From positions 1 to 64,000 of the IMG/VR virus record IMGVR_UViG_3300022562_001814: DNA of 64,000 bases. The stretch is one strand, 5' to 3'. Of the stretch, positions 20,309-29,087 are shown in pieces. Below the pieces are notes generated by a model, which had not been told where the DNA came from, made no database searches, and worked only from the letters and a program-made list of their open reading frames with translations. Source of the stretch: a virus. Position 1 is the stretch's first letter; every line of letters begins with the position of its first letter. The translations under genes were made by a program, and so were the position numbers.

Positions 20309-21043
20309 ATGAAATGTTATAATTGTAAATGTCAGGTTTCTTCTGATTTTAAATATGCTTTTTCTACTAATTGTTGTCCTAAATGTGGTGATTTTTTAAT
20401 GCCAGTAGAAGTAAAATCTTTGTATGTAAAAATACAAGATTTTCTTAATAAAGATAATAATGATATAGGTGATTTAATAGTATGGTTTCATTCTGAATTC
20501 ATTGCTAATAAGAATGAAAATAATTCATCACAAGTTAATGAAGAGTTGGAAGCTAAAACAGAAATTAATGAAACTATTGTTGAAGTGGGTTTAGATGAAA
20601 ATCTTGAAGATATACAAGTTCAGGAATATGCAGATGCCACTTTGATGTTTAAAAAACCCAAACATTCTCCTAAAAAAATTCAGACCCAAAAAGAACAATC
20701 TCTACTTTCACAAGAAAGAACTAATCTCTTTGCTAAAAGAGCCGGTCTAGATAAACTAGATCAAAATAAAAATAAATATGACAATATTATTAAAGATATT
20801 CAATCTAGTTCTGATGATTCATTAAATGATGATATGGGGTATTCAGAATATAATTCTGATGAAACGTATGAAGAATTTGAGTCTCCCAACTCGTCCCCTT
20901 TATCTAGACAAGAAATTCAATCTGTTGCTAATTTATTTGATACCCCCGAACAATCAACTGATTTTAATGAAATACAAAAAATCCAAAAATTGGAACAATT
21001 AGCTATTACTGGTTCTGTTGGAGTAATTAGGAGATCTGAATAA
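20309..21043 (+). CDS. Zn-finger hypothetical protein with acidic tail
   Basis: N-terminal CYNC...CPKC; ATG 20309 follows an AAGG SD. Confidence 0.6.
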   Translation: MKCYNCKCQVSSDFKYAFSTNCCPKCGDFLMPVEVKSLYVKIQDFLNKDNNDIGDLIVWFHSEFIANKNENNSSQVNEELEAKTEINETIVEVGLDENLEDIQVQEYADATLMFKKPKHSPKKIQTQKEQSLLSQERTNLFAKRAGLDKLDQNKNKYDNIIKDIQSSSDDSLNDDMGYSEYNSDETYEEFESPNSSPLSRQEIQSVANLFDTPEQSTDFNEIQKIQKLEQLAITGSVGVIRRSE

Positions 21044-21355
21044 ATGGATCCTCAAATAAGAATTATAGATAATAAAAGAATTTTATTAACTCAAGAAGAA
21101 TGGGATTATTATCAATCTATCTGTAAATCTTATGATAAACAAAATTTCAAAGGCGAAGATTTATTTAAAGGATTATTTGAAAGTAATAATGAAGGTATTA
21201 TTACTTTTATTAAACCACCTAGTTCTAAATATACGAGCATGGAAGTATTTTTATATATTGTAGCTATTTTTCAACACCAGCATATGAGATTAATGTATAA
21301 ACAATTACAATCTTTAGTAAAAGAAGTAAAAACTTTAAAAGAAAAGAAAGATTAA
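21044..21355 (+). CDS. Hypothetical protein
   Basis: 103-aa ORF in operon context. Confidence 0.6.
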   Translation: MDPQIRIIDNKRILLTQEEWDYYQSICKSYDKQNFKGEDLFKGLFESNNEGIITFIKPPSSKYTSMEVFLYIVAIFQHQHMRLMYKQLQSLVKEVKTLKEKKD

Positions 21356-21359
21356 TTTA

Positions 21360-21779
21360 ATGAATCAGGAAGAATTAGAAAAATTATTAAATACCTGTTT
21401 AAATGAATTGACTGTAGTTCACCAAGGAGAATGTTCTACTGAGCGCGCCGAAAGAAACGCCGCTTTATTTTTGGAGGCTCAATTTAGATTGTCAGAATAT
21501 TTATCTGGCACCGAACTTCAAGCCAAACGTGTTAAATATGAGATAGAAAGAGTTGCTTCTCAAAAATATTTTGAATATAAAAGTGGAGCACTCGGTAATG
21601 AAAAAAAATTAACCGAAGCCGCCTTAGAACATGCAATATCTAAAGATGATGAAATATTTAAAATGAAAGAAGATATGATTCTAAAAGAATCGGAATATAA
21701 AAAATGGAATTATATAATGAATATTTTGTCCAATGGACATATAATGTATCGTGGCATGTCTCGTAGAGATAATATATGA
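21360..21779 (+). CDS. Helical protein, possible UvsY-like recombination mediator
   Basis: 139 aa, helical/coiled, just upstream of recA; function inferred from size and context only. Confidence 0.4.
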   Translation: MNQEELEKLLNTCLNELTVVHQGECSTERAERNAALFLEAQFRLSEYLSGTELQAKRVKYEIERVASQKYFEYKSGALGNEKKLTEAALEHAISKDDEIFKMKEDMILKESEYKKWNYIMNILSNGHIMYRGMSRRDNI

Positions 21780-21960
21780 ATAAAAAATGTTCTAAATGTA
21801 AAATCATTAAAAATTTCAATGATTTTACTCCATATCAATGCTTCTATGGAAGATGAAAATTTCAAAAAATGTTGGTCATTAGATAATTTAAGACCTTTAA
21901 ATTCTAAACAAAATATATTAGATGGTTCTAATCGAATTAGATATAGTAAAAAAAAGATAA
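21776..21960 (+). pseudogene. Internally deleted HNH homing endonuclease remnant
   Basis: MNKKCSKCKIIKNFNDF joined out of frame to SMEDENFKKCWSLDNLRPLNSKQNILDG. Confidence 0.65.
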
Positions 21961-21970
21961 AAGGAAAATT

Positions 21971-22975
21971 ATGGTTGTAAAAGAAAAAGTATCTACAAAT
22001 ACAGAAAATAAAAACAATTTAATTGCCGGACTAGATATTGAGAAGTTAGTACAAAAAGCTAAAGAGAGTTATTCTAAAAAAGATAAAGGACTTGCAAAGC
22101 AATTATCAACTGGTGCCACCATCCTAAGACCATCAGATGATAAAGATTTCGTTGTATGGACTAAAGGCGATCATTGGAAAGCCTTAACCAATCTTAAAGG
22201 ATTACCGTTTGGACGTATAGTTCAAATATCTGGAAAACCCGATAGTGGCAAATCCACTCATGCCATGGCATTTATGAAATTTGCTCAAGATCAAGATGTG
22301 CTCGTTATTTTATGGGATAGTGAAAGAAAATTTGGTAGAAAACGTTTTGATGAAAAAATGGATGGTAATTCAGATAAATTGCTAGTTGTTGATACTAACA
22401 AAATTATTGATGGTGCAAGAGCAGTTGCACAATTTGTGCATGCCGCTAAAGAAATGAATCCAGATGTCAAAATTTTGATCGTTTGGGATAGTGTTGGCGC
22501 TTCTTTAAATTCTACAGAAGATAGAGAAGATGATGAAGAATTTTCACAGCAGCCAGGGGTTTCGGCAAAAGAGAATTCATATGCAATCAAAAAATTTAAC
22601 AAATTAGCTAATAAATATAGAGACAAAGAAACTGGCGAAGAAAGTATTGCTACTTTAGTAATTAATCAAACATATGCTTCAATTGGTATGGGTGCCCCAG
22701 CTCAAATTGAAAAAGGCGGCTCCGAAATTTATTATTTATCTAGCGTTATAGTTCAATTATCACGTAAAAAAGATTTGAATAGAGTTCGTGGTGGTGATAA
22801 ATATAAATATGGTATTGTTTCACGTGCCAAAGTTAAGAAAAATCATTTATTCGAAGGAGATGAATGTATTAGCGAATTGGATTTGGTAATTTCAGCCGAT
22901 GGTGTTCATCTCGCTAATGATGTCAAAAACTTTGATGATATTAAAGGTTGGGATGATGAAGAGGGAGACGAATAA
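21971..22975 (+). CDS. recA: RecA/UvsX-like recombinase
   Basis: GLPFGRIVQISGKPDSGKST, WDSE, IVWDSVGA, VINQ. Confidence 0.9.
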   Translation: MVVKEKVSTNTENKNNLIAGLDIEKLVQKAKESYSKKDKGLAKQLSTGATILRPSDDKDFVVWTKGDHWKALTNLKGLPFGRIVQISGKPDSGKSTHAMAFMKFAQDQDVLVILWDSERKFGRKRFDEKMDGNSDKLLVVDTNKIIDGARAVAQFVHAAKEMNPDVKILIVWDSVGASLNSTEDREDDEEFSQQPGVSAKENSYAIKKFNKLANKYRDKETGEESIATLVINQTYASIGMGAPAQIEKGGSEIYYLSSVIVQLSRKKDLNRVRGGDKYKYGIVSRAKVKKNHLFEGDECISELDLVISADGVHLANDVKNFDDIKGWDDEEGDE

Positions 22976-23274
22976 TGCCTATAATTGATATTACACCCAC
23001 AAGCTCACGCATACATGAACGTCCGGTTAAAATAACTCCAATTTATTTAATAACAGAAGTATTATCAAGCGGTACACGCTGGTTGGCCGTTAAATTAGAT
23101 GAGTCTAACAATGTTATCAAGTTTGTTGGGGTAGAGCTAAAAAAAAGTGAAAAACGTGTAGAAGAAAATTATCAAGAAATTTTAAATTCTGCGGACAAGA
23201 CGTTATATAAGGAAGTGTGGTTGCCTTGGCACCAAATTAATTCAATACAAAATCTTATTTTTAAACAAAAATAG
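22975..23274 (+). CDS. Hypothetical protein
   Basis: 99-aa ORF with TAATG coupling to recA. Confidence 0.6.
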   Translation: MPIIDITPTSSRIHERPVKITPIYLITEVLSSGTRWLAVKLDESNNVIKFVGVELKKSEKRVEENYQEILNSADKTLYKEVWLPWHQINSIQNLIFKQK

Positions 23275-23292
23275 TAATTAAGGAGAAATAAA

Positions 23293-23577
23293 ATGAAAAA
23301 AGTATTAACAAATCCAGAAGTAGTACAAACAGTTCGTACCCGTGTTCTTTCGCTTCTTCAACGCCGTAAAGGTCGTTGGCAAGGCACAATGACAGATTTG
23401 CTTGTTGCAATTAGTGGGCGACAAGTACCTGCAATTTGGCCAGGATCTGCATCTGCTTTACGCAGAGTTGTAAATAAAGTTGTTCCAGCAATTCGTCGTG
23501 AAGGATATAAAGTTCAATTCACACGTACACCAGATCATGATCGTAGACGTGTAGTTAGTTTTACTCGTGTCCGTTAA
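23293..23577 (+). CDS. Small Arg-rich, probably winged-helix nucleic-acid-binding protein
   Basis: Strong AAGGAG SD; CGT/CTT codon usage like the capsid gene; very basic. Confidence 0.6.
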   Translation: MKKVLTNPEVVQTVRTRVLSLLQRRKGRWQGTMTDLLVAISGRQVPAIWPGSASALRRVVNKVVPAIRREGYKVQFTRTPDHDRRRVVSFTRVR

Positions 23578-23654
23578 TTAGTAATAATAATCCATTAAAT
23601 AAGATCGAATAAATATCTTTTATGATTAAATGATCGGAAAAATAAGGAAAATAA

Positions 23655-24341
23655 ATGACAACATTAAAACATGGAGAAATGGCTTGGAATGATGAATCTA
23701 TTGGTACTGATGACCGTAAAGGAAAAAGTAAAGATCGTTATCTTAAATTAAAGCCAGGCTCAAATCTAATTAGAGTATTAACATTACCACATCAATATTT
23801 TCAACACAAATACACTTTTGATGGTGAAAAGGGTTATGGACATCGCATAGATTGTTCAGCCAAACACGGGTTTTGTCCGGTCTGTGCCAAAGGTAACAAA
23901 CCTAAAAAACGATGGTTGTTGGGCGTTATTGATAGATCAACAAATTCATATAAAATTTTAGATGTAGGTTGGTCTATTTTAAGTGATATTCATACTTATG
24001 CAAGTGATGATGATTGGGGCGATCCTATACAATATGATTTTGATATTGTAGTTAATCCTAATGGTGGTCCAATAGGTTATTATAAAGCTGTTGCAAAGCC
24101 TAAAAGACCTCTTTCTGCACAAGATTTAGTGCTAAAAGAGCAAGTTAATCTTGAATACTTGGAAAGTAGGTGTTCACCTCCTGAACCAGGACAAGTTGAA
24201 GAACGATTGAATTCTTTAATGGAAGATTTTCTTAAAGGCGGTAGTTCTGGACAAGTTGAAAAACCGGTTACTTTTTCTTCTAATAGTGAAGATAGTGATT
24301 TTCCAGATAGTGATGCAAAAGCAATTAATTCTCCTTTCTAA
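23655..24341 (+). CDS. Single-stranded DNA-binding protein (gp32-like)
   Basis: LKLKPG.N.IRVL, H...C...CPVC zinc site, WGDP..YD, acidic tail ending in PF. Confidence 0.75.
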   Translation: MTTLKHGEMAWNDESIGTDDRKGKSKDRYLKLKPGSNLIRVLTLPHQYFQHKYTFDGEKGYGHRIDCSAKHGFCPVCAKGNKPKKRWLLGVIDRSTNSYKILDVGWSILSDIHTYASDDDWGDPIQYDFDIVVNPNGGPIGYYKAVAKPKRPLSAQDLVLKEQVNLEYLESRCSPPEPGQVEERLNSLMEDFLKGGSSGQVEKPVTFSSNSEDSDFPDSDAKAINSPF

Positions 24342-24358
24342 GAATAATTATTGATTGT

Positions 24359-24393
24359 AAAAGGAGAGATGGAATTCCATCTCTCCTTTTTTT
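24359..24393 (+). terminator. Rho-independent terminator (perfect 32-bp palindrome plus T run)
   Basis: AAAAGGAGAGATGGAATTCCATCTCTCCTTTT followed by TTT. Confidence 0.85.
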
Positions 24394-24419
24394 ATATCTT
24401 TTGATATATAAAAGATATA

Positions 24420-24986
24420 ATGAAAATAATGTCTTTTGATGTTTCTAGCTCGACAATAGGCTGGGCGGTATTTAATATTAAAAATAATAAAATAAATCTT
24501 TTTGATTCTGGGTTTTTTAAACCTATCAAAAAAAATAATATTTTTGAAAATCTTTCTTATGTGAGAGAGCAGATAAAAAATTTATTAGATGAATATAATC
24601 CAGATGAAATAGCTATTGAAGAGATTGCAAGATTTATGCCAAAATTAAGTTCTGCTAATACTATTATCGTGTTAGCATTGTATAATAGAATGGTCGGTTT
24701 AACAGTTTTTGATCATTTAAAAAAAATTCCTTATTTATATAATGTTATGACGATTCGACATAGTATTAAATTATCTAAAGAATTACCCAAAAAAGAAGAA
24801 ATTCCTGAACTTGTAGAAACGATTTTAAATATTACTTTACCAAGAAAATACACCAAAAATGGAATCATCAAATCCGAATTATATGATGAAGCTGATGCGA
24901 TTGCGTGTGGGCTTTGTCACTGGGTGAAAACTAATAATTTACCTTTAATTAAAATAACATCAAGTAAAGTCAGGAAGAAAAAATGA
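24420..24986 (+). CDS. ruvC: RuvC-like Holliday junction resolvase
   Basis: SFDVSSSTIGWA, IAIEE, DEADAIAC acidic triad pattern. Confidence 0.85.
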   Translation: MKIMSFDVSSSTIGWAVFNIKNNKINLFDSGFFKPIKKNNIFENLSYVREQIKNLLDEYNPDEIAIEEIARFMPKLSSANTIIVLALYNRMVGLTVFDHLKKIPYLYNVMTIRHSIKLSKELPKKEEIPELVETILNITLPRKYTKNGIIKSELYDEADAIACGLCHWVKTNNLPLIKITSSKVRKKK

Positions 24987-25966
24987 AAATTCAAGAAGCT
25001 TATAAGGTATTAGAAAGCTCATCAGATATTTCAGATGAAGATTTAAAAATTAAATATAAAGATATGGCAAAGAAATATCATCCTGATATTTATAAAAAGG
25101 AACCAGATAAATTTAAAAAAATTAATGAAGCTTATCAATTTATTTTAGATTATAGAAAAAATCCTGAAAAATATGAACCTAATATGAAAAATGGATTTTG
25201 GGGTAGGGTTCCTGATATAGCTAATGATTTTTTTATTAATTTTGGTTTTGAAAATGAGTGGTCTAAACCAAAAGAAATTAAACCAATATTTGTTTCTATC
25301 AATTTAAATTTTAAAGAATCGGTTTTAGGATGCAGCAAAGAAATTAATTATACTAGAAATATTAAATGTAAAGACTGTCAGGGAGCTGGTATTAAACGTA
25401 AGGGTAATGGTTGTGAAACGTGTGACGGGTTTGGTAGATCAACTATTAACAATAAAGGAATGATTTTTCAAACAAAATGTTCAAAATGTCAAGGTAAAAA
25501 TGTCACGCAAAATACTTGTGATAAATGTAAAGGCAAATGTGTAATTAATGAAAATAAACAAGGAAATATTCACGTTCCAGCCGGCATTAAAAATGAAGAA
25601 ATATTAAGAGTTAATGGTGCTGGAAACTTTGTGGGAAGAACTTTTTTTGCTGATGAATATACAGATTTACATATCAAGGTACATGTTAAGTCATACAAGG
25701 ATATGTATATAGAAAATAATAATGTTATTTCAAAATTAAATATTTCATTATTGGAGGCTTTAGAGGGCAAAGAACAAGAAATAGAAACTATTTATGGTAA
25801 TAAGAATGTTACTATTCCACCTAAAACTAAACATTTAGATCAAATTAAAATTCCTAAATGTGGTGTTAATAATACTAACGGAATGCATGTAATTAAATTA
25901 TTTATCGAATATCCTCAAGATGTAACAGATATAATTGGAGTACTTAAAAATGATGTTCATAATTAA
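24983..25966 (+). CDS. dnaJ: DnaJ chaperone
   Basis: J-domain YHPD; four CxxCxG repeats; DnaJ C-terminal domain. Confidence 0.92.
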   Translation: MKIQEAYKVLESSSDISDEDLKIKYKDMAKKYHPDIYKKEPDKFKKINEAYQFILDYRKNPEKYEPNMKNGFWGRVPDIANDFFINFGFENEWSKPKEIKPIFVSINLNFKESVLGCSKEINYTRNIKCKDCQGAGIKRKGNGCETCDGFGRSTINNKGMIFQTKCSKCQGKNVTQNTCDKCKGKCVINENKQGNIHVPAGIKNEEILRVNGAGNFVGRTFFADEYTDLHIKVHVKSYKDMYIENNNVISKLNISLLEALEGKEQEIETIYGNKNVTIPPKTKHLDQIKIPKCGVNNTNGMHVIKLFIEYPQDVTDIIGVLKNDVHN

Positions 25967-26288
25967 TTGTGATAATAAAGGTTGCATGAAACCACAGGCA
26001 GCTCAACTTAATGTATTATCTGATGAAGTAATATGTATTGAATGTGGAAAGTCTATTACTAATATTAGTTCTTTTGCTAAAAGACAACTTAAATCAATGG
26101 GACAAACGACTAAAAATAAAAAATCCACAGAAACTTATTCAGTTAAATGTCAAGCCTGTGAAGCTATCGGTATGCCGGTATTTAAAAATAATCAATTTAT
26201 ATGTAAATCTTGTCAAAAGGAAATTACTAATTTAAGTGATCCTTTTAAAATTCTTTTAATGAAAGTCATTAGAAATGAAAATTTTTGA
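25950..26288 (+). CDS. Double zinc-ribbon protein
   Basis: CDNKGC, CIEC, CQAC, CKSC; GGAG SD. Confidence 0.65.
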   Translation: MMFIINCDNKGCMKPQAAQLNVLSDEVICIECGKSITNISSFAKRQLKSMGQTTKNKKSTETYSVKCQACEAIGMPVFKNNQFICKSCQKEITNLSDPFKILLMKVIRNENF

Positions 26289-27036
26289 ACAACTAATTCC
26301 AATTTGTTCCAATTTACTATATGAACATCCTTTAGCAGTTAATGCCTTAAATTATCTCAATAAAAGATTATCTAAAAATATACAAAGAAAATTTAATTTT
26401 GGATTTTTCCCTTCACAGGAACAGTTAAATATTTTATTTTCTTTTATAGATAAAAAAATATTATTAGATAATGAATTGTTGTATGAAGATTCTAATTCTG
26501 GAATAGCTCATAATATTTTTACTTCCCCACTTCAACATCATAATTTAATTTTACCTTATAAAGATGTATATGGAAAAATTATAGCCATCGTTGGTCGTTC
26601 CTTATTGGAAGATTCACAAAGAAATATCTTAGGAATCGCGAAATATAAAAACACTTCCTTTAAAAAAAGCAAACATTTATTTGGATTATATGAAGCTAAG
26701 AAATCTATTCTAGATTTAGGGCATGTTTATATTGTAGAAGGACAATTTGATTGTATTCAGGCACACAACCATAATATACAAAATATTGTAGCCTTAGGTT
26801 CTTCCAATATGTCATTAGAACAATTAATTTTATTATTACGTTACACAAATGATTTAAGATTAATTTTAGATAATGATGAAGCTGGGGAAATGGGTAGAAA
26901 TAGAATATTAGAAAAATACGGTAAATATACTAATATATGTAATCGATATGTGCCAAGTGGATTTAAAGATTTGGATGAATTTCTTAAAGAAGAAACATCA
27001 ATTACAGAATTAGAAACATGTTTAAACAAAAAATAA
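26275..27036 (+). CDS. dnaG: DNA primase catalytic core (TOPRIM) lacking the zinc-binding domain
   Basis: YLNKR, VGRSL, AKYKNT, LFGL, IVEGQFD, LDNDEAG, KDLDE. Confidence 0.88.
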   Translation: MKIFEQLIPICSNLLYEHPLAVNALNYLNKRLSKNIQRKFNFGFFPSQEQLNILFSFIDKKILLDNELLYEDSNSGIAHNIFTSPLQHHNLILPYKDVYGKIIAIVGRSLLEDSQRNILGIAKYKNTSFKKSKHLFGLYEAKKSILDLGHVYIVEGQFDCIQAHNHNIQNIVALGSSNMSLEQLILLLRYTNDLRLILDNDEAGEMGRNRILEKYGKYTNICNRYVPSGFKDLDEFLKEETSITELETCLNKK

Positions 27037-27079
27037 TATAATTATTAAAAGATGCAGATATATATTTTAATGTATAATA

Positions 27080-28006
27080 ATGAGTAAATTCAATAAAATT
27101 CCAAATAGATCTGATCACTATCAAAATATTTTATTAGAGATAGCATATCCACACGAACTTTTAGATATCTTTCCAGACAGCGATTCTATTTACAAAAAAC
27201 TTAATCCATTTTCTTATAATGATGAAATAGCTGAACTTCATGATCTTTTAAATAAAGAGTTATGGCGTATTATAGAAGATCATTTAACAGATAGACAAAA
27301 ACAGGTCGTTAAATTATATGCATCTGGTAAAACTCAAATTGAAATTGCAAAAATATTGGGAGTTAATCAGTCATCTATTACAAAATGTTTATCAGGTGAT
27401 ACTTTAATTTATACTAGCGCAGGTAATGCTAAACTTGGCGATTTATGGTTAGGGTGGGAGTGGAATCCATATACAATAATGAACTATCAAGTAGCTTGTA
27501 TGGATCGGAAACTTAACATTAAATACAATACAATTAATAATGTGATTTGTCAAGGAGAAAAGCCTATATTAGAAATTACAACTATTTCCGGAAAAACTAT
27601 CAAAGCAACCCCAGATCATAAATTTTACACCGCACAGGGGTGGGTAGAACTACAAACAATAATAGAAAATAATCTACAGTTAGCAATACTTAATGATATT
27701 CCGACAAAATTAGATGATATTGGTCCGGAGATCGGGTGGGAAAATATTATTAAATATGAAAATAAATCAAATGAGGTTGTGTTTGATTTAAGTATGAAAG
27801 CACCAAATCATAATTTTATTGCAAATGGAATAATAACACATAATTGTATAAATGGTAATGTTGATTACAAAAATAAAGATAGTAAAGGAAAACCAATTAC
27901 TTATGGTGGTGTTAAGTTAAAATTACAGAAAATAGCTAAAGAAGATAAAGTAATTAACGAAATTTTACAAAAAATTGCTGATATTAGAGATAATGATCCA
28001 TTCTAA
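27080..28006 (+). CDS. Sigma-70 region-4-like HTH protein containing a mini-intein
   Basis: LTDRQKQVVKLYASGKTQIEIAKILGVNQSSITK, then the intein, then CINGNVDY... Confidence 0.8.
   Translation: MSKFNKIPNRSDHYQNILLEIAYPHELLDIFPDSDSIYKKLNPFSYNDEIAELHDLLNKELWRIIEDHLTDRQKQVVKLYASGKTQIEIAKILGVNQSSITKCLSGDTLIYTSAGNAKLGDLWLGWEWNPYTIMNYQVACMDRKLNIKYNTINNVICQGEKPILEITTISGKTIKATPDHKFYTAQGWVELQTIIENNLQLAILNDIPTKLDDIGPEIGWENIIKYENKSNEVVFDLSMKAPNHNFIANGIITHNCINGNVDYKNKDSKGKPITYGGVKLKLQKIAKEDKVINEILQKIADIRDNDPF
27386..27844 (+). mobile_element. Mini-intein (153 aa, no endonuclease)
   Basis: Begins CLSGDT; block B ATPDHKF; ends HNFIANGIITHN followed by Cys+1. Confidence 0.92.
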
Positions 28007-28007
28007 A

Positions 28008-28543
28008 ATAATAATTAAAGTATATTTATTAACAAATATTTGTAATAATAAAATTTATATTGGGCAAACCCTTTAAAATATTCAAAAAGAATGCAAAATA
28101 ATGGATCTGGATATAAGAATTCAATATATCTGTATTCTGCACTCCAAAATATGGATTAGATAATTTTGTATATACAACATATTGAAAATGGGCATCTCAT
28201 GAAAGGTAAGAAACATACTGAAGTAGCTAAAAAACTTATAAGTGATAAATTAAAAAATAAATCTCATTCGAAAGAACGTATAAAAAAACGTCGACAATCG
28301 CGTATGGAATCTCAAGAAATTCAAAATCAAGTTATAATTGATTATAAATCCGGTATGACAATTAAAGCTATTAAAGAAAAATATGGGTTTGGTGGTAATG
28401 GAAAAATTTATCGTATATTAGATGCTAATAATGTAGAACGATTAAATAATTTTACAAAATGGACCGGAAAAACTCATAGTATTGAAACTAAAATAAAAAT
28501 GAGTAAAGCTCGCAAGAAATATTTTAAAAATCATAATAAATAA
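28008..28543 (+). pseudogene. Degenerate GIY-YIG homing endonuclease with NUMOD3 repeats
   Basis: KVYLLTNICNNKIYIGQT then a stop and frameshifts (YLYSALQ, YGLDNF); NUMOD3 repeats GKKHTE and GKTHSIETKIKMS in 28166-28543. Confidence 0.75.
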
Positions 28544-28631
28544 GTGATTGTAATAAAATTATCAAGTATATGCAATTATTGCTAATAACTATTATTTTCA
28601 TATTTCTCTGAAATCTCTCTTTGGAGTTAGA

Positions 28632-29087
28632 ATGCCTAAATTTTCAGTTAATTATGACCAAGTAGTAGACATGACATCAAAAAAATCATATAAACTCTCC
28701 GATGTCAATGATAAAATTGAAAAAATTGCTTTTGATGTTGTGCGATTTAAAGATGGCCCACAAGATGAACTATGGCAAATTCAGAGCACAGATGATGGCG
28801 ATTATATTATTGCAATATACTCTGATGAAGAAAAAATATCTACCGCTAGCGTGCAAGATTGGTCAGTAGTTATTAAAAATTCTGATTTGCATTTCTTTTA
28901 TAAAAAGGATCATATTTGCAAAGTTGCCTCTAAAACGCTTGGATTTAATGATCAGGATTTAGTGTTAGCAAAAAGATATTTGCCGTCAAAATTGTCAGAA
29001 AACAAGAATTTGGTAAATTCGTTATTAAAGTCTGTAGATTCTAATTCTCTTAAAAATATATTAGCAAAATATCCGGAGCTTGTATAA
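28632..29087 (+). CDS. Hypothetical protein (start of head module)
   Basis: GGAG SD; coupled to the next gene. Confidence 0.65.
   Translation: MPKFSVNYDQVVDMTSKKSYKLSDVNDKIEKIAFDVVRFKDGPQDELWQIQSTDDGDYIIAIYSDEEKISTASVQDWSVVIKNSDLHFFYKKDHICKVASKTLGFNDQDLVLAKRYLPSKLSENKNLVNSLLKSVDSNSLKNILAKYPELV

Noticed and set aside
327-27036. Bacterial chromosome origin, given topA, def, tig, dnaE, recA, ruvC and dnaJ
   Set aside because: The genes are divergent, lack their usual bacterial neighbours (for example clpPX after tig, ruvAB), are mixed with phage-type genes, and share strand, composition and motifs with the terminase-portal-capsid module.
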